The notes beneath the pieces are model-generated. The model searched no databases. It had not been told where the DNA came from and worked only from the letters and a program-made list of their open reading frames with translations. Positions 59,008 through 64,000 of a stretch of 64,000 nt of DNA are shown in pieces. The position numbers and the translations under genes were made by a program. How positions within the stretch are numbered: the stretch's first letter is position 1; each line of letters begins with the position of its first letter. The DNA is from Candidatus Thorarchaeota archaeon (GTDB lineage Archaea; Asgardarchaeota; Thorarchaeia; Thorarchaeales; Thorarchaeaceae), in NCBI GenBank assembly GCA_020348985.1, contig CP070761.1:760990-824989 (forward strand). Reading direction: 5' to 3'.

Positions 59008-59916
59008 CTACAGATGCTTTCGGAGCAATTTGAGTTTCTTCACGACGGGTTCTTTGTGGCAGTGAGAAGCTATGGCTTCGACATACTCGACCTGACCTTT
59101 GCCCACAAGAGGGATTTCCAATGTTGAGCAGTCTCGGTGAATTGCCTTTCCAACAATATCACCTGCAAGCGCTGATGGCTCAACTTCCTCCTTGTCAATC
59201 ATCAACGGACCGACAACACAACTTGCACCTAGCTTTTCAAGACTAGTAGCAACAATCAATTCTCCGGTTGTCAACGACGCAGTCATCACATTCCCTGCAC
59301 TTGCTGCATAGGATTGGGCAAGCCACACATGCGAGAAGTCTATGTGGGACTCGTCCTTGACTTTCCAGTACAGACTAGCTATTTCAGACGAATCGTGTTC
59401 TTCCCCCCAATCAAGGGCATCTCGAGTCGATTCTTGAGAATGACCTAGGTCAAACGAATAGCATAGAACGGACTCGATCTCTTTGAATTCAAGTCTGTCC
59501 AAGCCCGGCTTGGTCCACTCTTCAAACGAGTACGCCAATGGAAATGGAACGCGATTCTCTGATTCGGAAACACTAAGCAAGACATCAACTTCTCGAATCA
59601 ACACAGTCCGAAAGAAAGGGAGTGATGACTTCAGCAGAGTGTAGAGCAATCTATCACGAAGATATGTCTTCAGTACGACATCGACGAATGCGAGTGCTCT
59701 GCGTGTTCTGTCCACAAATACGGCAGTACCTCCAACTGGGTCTCCACTTATGGTAGACACATAGCATATCGTGTCCTCCATACCTAGAAACCGCTCCATA
59801 TGGCCTCTATCGATTTCGGGCCTGGACAATACCTCGGTCATATCGCTGACCATGGCAAGCCAGACGTCTGCTTCTGAGTCGGCCAGTCTTCTGCTGTAGA
59901 GGGTTGAGTCACTCAT
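59008..59916 (-). CDS. Hypothetical protein, possibly degenerate tandem GNAT fold
   Basis: 302-aa ORF directly downstream of mer. Confidence 0.65.
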   Translation of the reverse strand: MSDSTLYSRRLADSEADVWLAMVSDMTEVLSRPEIDRGHMERFLGMEDTICYVSTISGDPVGGTAVFVDRTRRALAFVDVVLKTYLRDRLLYTLLKSSLPFFRTVLIREVDVLLSVSESENRVPFPLAYSFEEWTKPGLDRLEFKEIESVLCYSFDLGHSQESTRDALDWGEEHDSSEIASLYWKVKDESHIDFSHVWLAQSYAASAGNVMTASLTTGELIVATSLEKLGASCVVGPLMIDKEEVEPSALAGDIVGKAIHRDCSTLEIPLVGKGQVEYVEAIASHCHKEPVVKKLKLLRKHL

Positions 59917-59935
59917 AGCATCCAGCTATAGCTAC

Positions 59936-61000
59936 TCAGTCCCCTTTGAAGTATGGGATAATGTCCTTTCCTATCTGCTTGATTGCATCACTCTTGTCTG
60001 GTCCTATCGGTGATCCGACAACAAACTGTGTAACGCCAGATTTCTTGAGTTCCTCAATCCGCCCAATGCACTGGTCCTTGTCACCGACAACAGCAAAGGC
60101 ATCAACCATTTCATCTGTGACAGCTCCAGGAAGTCCACCAAAGTCGCCCTTACCCAGCAACTCTTTGACTTTGTTGCAGGCCTCCATGTCAAGTCCATGG
60201 CGTTCGAGTACAACATCAGGGGATCCTGCGACTATGAAAGCTACCACAATCTTTGCATCGCCCTTGAGAGCCTCTTCTCTAGTGCTGCCAATGCTAAACG
60301 AAGCATAGGCCGTCACATCGACCTCGCTGATGTCTCTACCGGCGGCATCCACACCTTCCTTGATTTTGGTCATAGCAATCTCAAAGTCCTTCGGATGACT
60401 TGCATTGATGAGAATCCCGTCTGCCACCATGGCCGTGTTCTTCAACATCATGGGACCTTGGGCTCCAGCGTAGATTGGTATCTTTGGACCCCGTTTGACA
60501 GGTTTCCCGTCTTTCATTACCGGATTTCCGTCTGCGTCAAGTACAGGCTCCCTCTTCACTATTGCAAGCTTTGCCCCTTTGACTTTGTAGACTTTCCCAT
60601 CAAGCTTGAACTTGCTTCCCTCTGTAAGGGTGCGCATGTACTCAATGGATTCAACAACAGTCGAAACCGGCCTGTCCCACTTGATACCCAAACCGCTTAG
60701 TGTAATCTTGTCGCCGGCTCCAATTCCGATGACTGCTCTGCCATTACTGAGTTCATTTATTGTCACGGCGGCAGAAGCCGTCAAGGCTGGGCTAATATGA
60801 AATGGATTGGTCACACCTGGACCAAGCATTATTCTGTCGGTCTGAAGCGCAATGGCTGTAAGGGCGGCCCACACGTTCCGATTGTTGTAGTGGTCAGTTA
60901 TCCACACATTGTCAAAGCCTGCATCTTCAGCAAGCTTCGTCCATTTGACTAGCTTTTCGATTGGCTTGTCAGGAACAAATTCGATTCCTATCCGCAGCAT
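59936..61000 (-). CDS. mer: F420-dependent 5,10-methylenetetrahydromethanopterin reductase
   Basis: GIEFVP, WITDHYNNRN, GPGVTNP, GAQGPMML, DGILINAS, GSPIGPD. Confidence 0.93.
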   Translation of the reverse strand: MLRIGIEFVPDKPIEKLVKWTKLAEDAGFDNVWITDHYNNRNVWAALTAIALQTDRIMLGPGVTNPFHISPALTASAAVTINELSNGRAVIGIGAGDKITLSGLGIKWDRPVSTVVESIEYMRTLTEGSKFKLDGKVYKVKGAKLAIVKREPVLDADGNPVMKDGKPVKRGPKIPIYAGAQGPMMLKNTAMVADGILINASHPKDFEIAMTKIKEGVDAAGRDISEVDVTAYASFSIGSTREEALKGDAKIVVAFIVAGSPDVVLERHGLDMEACNKVKELLGKGDFGGLPGAVTDEMVDAFAVVGDKDQCIGRIEELKKSGVTQFVVGSPIGPDKSDAIKQIGKDIIPYFKGD

Positions 61001-61170
61001 GTGCTCCTACTCCGAGCTCCGAGCGAGTATGAACCACGACAAAAGGTTTTCTCCTAAGAGCAGAGTTTCAAGACGAAACCAACACAGAAGCCGCATCAAA
61101 GTACCTGATGATATCGAAGCATTTATGCTCAGGAACAATCCGAATATAGAATCAAAACAGGGGAGCCTCT

Positions 61171-62160
61171 ATGCAGTCACTTGTATTGACTCATGATGGA
61201 CTACAGATAGCTGATACGCCATTGCCCCCTCTGATGCCCGGACATGTCAGGATTGAAGTAAGGTCAGTTGGAATCTGTTCACTAGATCTTGCCATCTGGA
61301 AGGGCAATGTGGAAGCGGAAATGCCCATCATTTTGGGTCATGAAATATCGGGCGTCGTCCATGAGAGCTCACTTCCTGAATTCCGACCGGCAACTCATGT
61401 TGCAATTGAAGCAGATCAGCATTGTGGAACGTGTTGGTTTTGCCGCCGAGGACGCAAGAACGTTTGTTTGCAGAAAAAGACTCTTGGAATCGACTTGGAC
61501 GGAGGAATGACTGAGTATCTAACTGTTCCAGTAGACTCTGTGTTTCCGCTTCCAGAGGGAATAGACGATAATGCGGGGACTTTCATTGAGCCTTTGGCAG
61601 CAGCCATTCAGACATATGAGACAACACCTTCACAGCCCGATGAGGCCGTCGTTGTGATCGGTAGTGGGAAACTTGGACTCCTGATTGCCCAGGTCTACGA
61701 TGCCTATGGTGCAGATGTACACGTTGTTGGCAAGAATAAGTGGCAATTGGGGTTGGCACGGCAGCTGGGCCTCAGAAACACACACAACATCAAGGAATCA
61801 AACTGGAGGCAGTCTGTGTTGAATGCCACGGCAGGAGTCGGTTCAAGAATAGTAGTTGAGGCAACCGGCTCACCGACAGGTTTTGACATGGCCACAGAGA
61901 TTGTTCGCAGTGAAGGAGTAGTAGCGATAAAGAGCACTCATGGATCAAAACATGGCGTTGATTTGAACGAGATTGTCCAGAGAGGACTTCGTATTCAGGG
62001 CACAACCGGAGGGTCATTCAGCAAGGCCATCGATCTTCTTTCAAAGGGCAGAATTGAAGTGAAGCGTCTAATCTCAGGTCAGTTTGGACTGGAGCAAGGG
62101 GCAGAGGCATTCAGATTCGCAGACCGGCCTGAGAACACCAAGGTAATCGTAAATGTCTGA
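61171..62160 (+). CDS. Zinc-dependent alcohol dehydrogenase (MDR family)
   Basis: GICxxD, GHE, CxxCxxC...C, GSGKLG. Confidence 0.92.
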   Translation: MQSLVLTHDGLQIADTPLPPLMPGHVRIEVRSVGICSLDLAIWKGNVEAEMPIILGHEISGVVHESSLPEFRPATHVAIEADQHCGTCWFCRRGRKNVCLQKKTLGIDLDGGMTEYLTVPVDSVFPLPEGIDDNAGTFIEPLAAAIQTYETTPSQPDEAVVVIGSGKLGLLIAQVYDAYGADVHVVGKNKWQLGLARQLGLRNTHNIKESNWRQSVLNATAGVGSRIVVEATGSPTGFDMATEIVRSEGVVAIKSTHGSKHGVDLNEIVQRGLRIQGTTGGSFSKAIDLLSKGRIEVKRLISGQFGLEQGAEAFRFADRPENTKVIVNV

Positions 62161-62171
62161 GGAACCATGGA

Positions 62172-63449
62172 ATGGAGGAATTTGACGCAGATCTCCACAT
62201 TCACTCGCACCACTCCATTGGTGTGAGCAAGAATATGACAGTCCCAAACCTGGTTGAGGGTGCTAGGCAAAAGGGACTTAGCATTCTTGGCACAGGCGAC
62301 GTCACACAACCGGGCTGGTTAGGGCATCTGAGGAACACGCTCAAAGAGAGGGATGAGACTCTCATTCATGATGACATTGCATTTGTATTGTCAGTCGAAA
62401 TAGAGGATGTCGAAGCGATTCATCATCTAGTATTTCTTCCAGGCTTTGAATCAGTTGTAGCACTCAAGGAGAGTCTTCGGGAATACTCGTCGAATTTGGA
62501 TCATCAGTGGGGCGGGCGACCACGTGTAAACATCAGAGGTGAGCAACTCGCAGGGTTCGTCAGAGATGTGGGTGGACTAATCGGTCCTGCGCATGCATTC
62601 ACACCATTTCGATCCATCTTTCGTGAAGGCAGGTATGAAGACCTCGTTGGATGCTACGGCAGTGAAGTGGATAGCGTCAAATTCATTGAGCTTGGATTAT
62701 CCGCTGACTCCAAGATGGCTGATTGTATACCATCTCTACGGGAGCTGACATTCTTGACATGTAGCGACGCACACTCCCCTTCACCAGCCAAGCTGGGCAG
62801 AGAGTTCGTCCGGTTCAGAATAGAGCGTCGCAACTTCCCGGAGATTCGTCTGGCGATTCTAAGGGAGAAAGGGAGGGCGCCTGTTCTAAACGTTGGTCTG
62901 AACCCGAGACTTGGTAAGTACTACCTGTCATTCTGTTCTGCATGCAGACGAACAATCATTCTTGAACCAGGGGATTCCAGTCCCAGCTTTGATGATCTTA
63001 ACATATACATTTCATTCTCTGATGCCAAAGAGCGACAGTCAATATTGAGGGCAATACATGACCGCGCGGTCTTTTGTCCGCATGATGGAAAGACCCTCCG
63101 TCTTGGTGTTAGGGATAGAGCAGTGATGATCGGTGGAGGTGACGAATCCAAACCTCTTCACCGCCCGCCATATATCCACATTCCGCCTCTTCTCGAACTG
63201 ATTACATCAGCATTGGGAGTCTCCTCGCCCTCTTCAAAGAAGGCTAGGACCCTCTACGAAAGACTCCGTGAATCACTTGGCCCGGAAACAACCATTCTCA
63301 CATCAACTCCTATCGATAGCTTGCATGAACTTGACTCAGCAGTCGCAGGAATGATAAGCGCGTTTCGGGAGGGTTCTGTTAACTACATCCCTGGCGGTGG
63401 AGGCAGGTATGGCCGTCTGATACCACCTTGGAAGAATGATTCGCAATGA
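62172..63449 (+). CDS. Endonuclease Q family (PHP domain, TIGR00375-like)
   Basis: DLHIHS, PAHAFTP, ELGLSAD, SDAHS, LGKYY, GVRDR, RPPY, GGGGRYG. Confidence 0.9.
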   Translation: MEEFDADLHIHSHHSIGVSKNMTVPNLVEGARQKGLSILGTGDVTQPGWLGHLRNTLKERDETLIHDDIAFVLSVEIEDVEAIHHLVFLPGFESVVALKESLREYSSNLDHQWGGRPRVNIRGEQLAGFVRDVGGLIGPAHAFTPFRSIFREGRYEDLVGCYGSEVDSVKFIELGLSADSKMADCIPSLRELTFLTCSDAHSPSPAKLGREFVRFRIERRNFPEIRLAILREKGRAPVLNVGLNPRLGKYYLSFCSACRRTIILEPGDSSPSFDDLNIYISFSDAKERQSILRAIHDRAVFCPHDGKTLRLGVRDRAVMIGGGDESKPLHRPPYIHIPPLLELITSALGVSSPSSKKARTLYERLRESLGPETTILTSTPIDSLHELDSAVAGMISAFREGSVNYIPGGGGRYGRLIPPWKNDSQ

Positions 63450-63772
63450 CCGTGGTTCGAGGAATAATCAGGGAAGTCGGGCCTACCCGTACAAGACAAG
63501 TTAGTGCTCGTAGATGGACATCTTCAACCGAGATTGTCATTCAGGATGAATCGACCATGAAGACTTACAGTGTACATGTATCAGGACGTACACTACAGAA
63601 GTCTAGCTTCCTTCCCCGTGTAGGAATACAGGTTGTCGTTCACGGATATGTTGAGGAAGCTGAATATGGCATCTCCGACTTTGTGGTGACCAGAGTAGTG
63701 AGCATCAAACACGTGGGGGCGGACCGAAAACGCACAATCAGATTCGACGATGTCGAATCCGAAGGTGATTAG
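63446..63772 (+). CDS. Small OB-fold protein
   Basis: VRGII..V...IVIQDEST...VG..VVVHGYV pattern; ATGA overlap with endoQ. Confidence 0.65.
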   Translation: MTVVRGIIREVGPTRTRQVSARRWTSSTEIVIQDESTMKTYSVHVSGRTLQKSSFLPRVGIQVVVHGYVEEAEYGISDFVVTRVVSIKHVGADRKRTIRFDDVESEGD

Positions 63773-63777
63773 GATGT

Positions 63778-64000
63778 CTAGTTTCTCGAGTCCCTGACTA
63801 TGAATCTCGCATCAAGAATCCATCCTGATTTGCACTTTGGACATTTTGACGGTTTCTTTGTGGACTTCCTTCCTTTGAACACAAATCCACACTTGCCGCA
63901 ACTAGCGGGTAAACTGACAAGCTCCTTCCCCTCGTTCCGGACTGAAAGTGCTATGTGTTGAAGGTCTTCATACACAATGGATCTGGATTTGAGACCCAGC
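63778..64000 (-). CDS. Archaeal HTH plus zinc-ribbon transcriptional regulator (COG3357-like), 5' end outside window
   Basis: YEDLQHIA.S...PA.C.KCGFVF...KPSKCPKCKS.WI. Confidence 0.85.
   Translation of the reverse strand, partial: LGLKSRSIVYEDLQHIALSVRNEGKELVSLPASCGKCGFVFKGRKSTKKPSKCPKCKSGWILDARFIVRDSRN

Noticed and set aside
1-64000. Selenoprotein or pyrrolysine readthrough
   Set aside because: In the gene ends I inspected, no domain is split by an in-frame TGA or TAG with a coding continuation. Not checked exhaustively.
1-64000. CRISPR array, tRNA, rRNA, IS or provirus
   Set aside because: No repeat-spacer periodicity, no cloverleaf or T-loop context, and no transposase, integrase or capsid motifs seen.

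Overview
Gene-dense archaeal chromosomal segment of about 65 CDS. I found no rRNA, tRNA, CRISPR array, transposase or integrase. The gene content (F420-dependent mer, archaeal RecJ/DHH, COG1202-type helicase, EndoQ, an OST5/TMEM258-like protein, a PRMT-like methyltransferase, many TM-plus-zinc-ribbon proteins) suggests an Asgard archaeon, most like Thorarchaeia; this is inference from family recognition, not a database result. The left ~18 kb is accessory-like: GNATs, PadR, surface proteins, UbiA, GT87 and structured intergenic regions. The most conspicuous feature is a uvrB-uvrA-uvrA-uvrC cluster with two full-length, diverged uvrA genes whose start and stop codons overlap. Other leads: two candidate structured RNAs with strand-specific G-U pairing, an unannotated 38-aa acidic Trp-rich microprotein, a coiled-coil protein with a Vps28-CTD-like C-terminus, a HerA-type ATPase carrying an ER/K single-alpha-helix arm, and a 12-bp-periodic GATATC array at the PadR promoter. 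All family calls come from motifs read by eye. Start codons were adjusted where an RBS or domain boundary suggested it.
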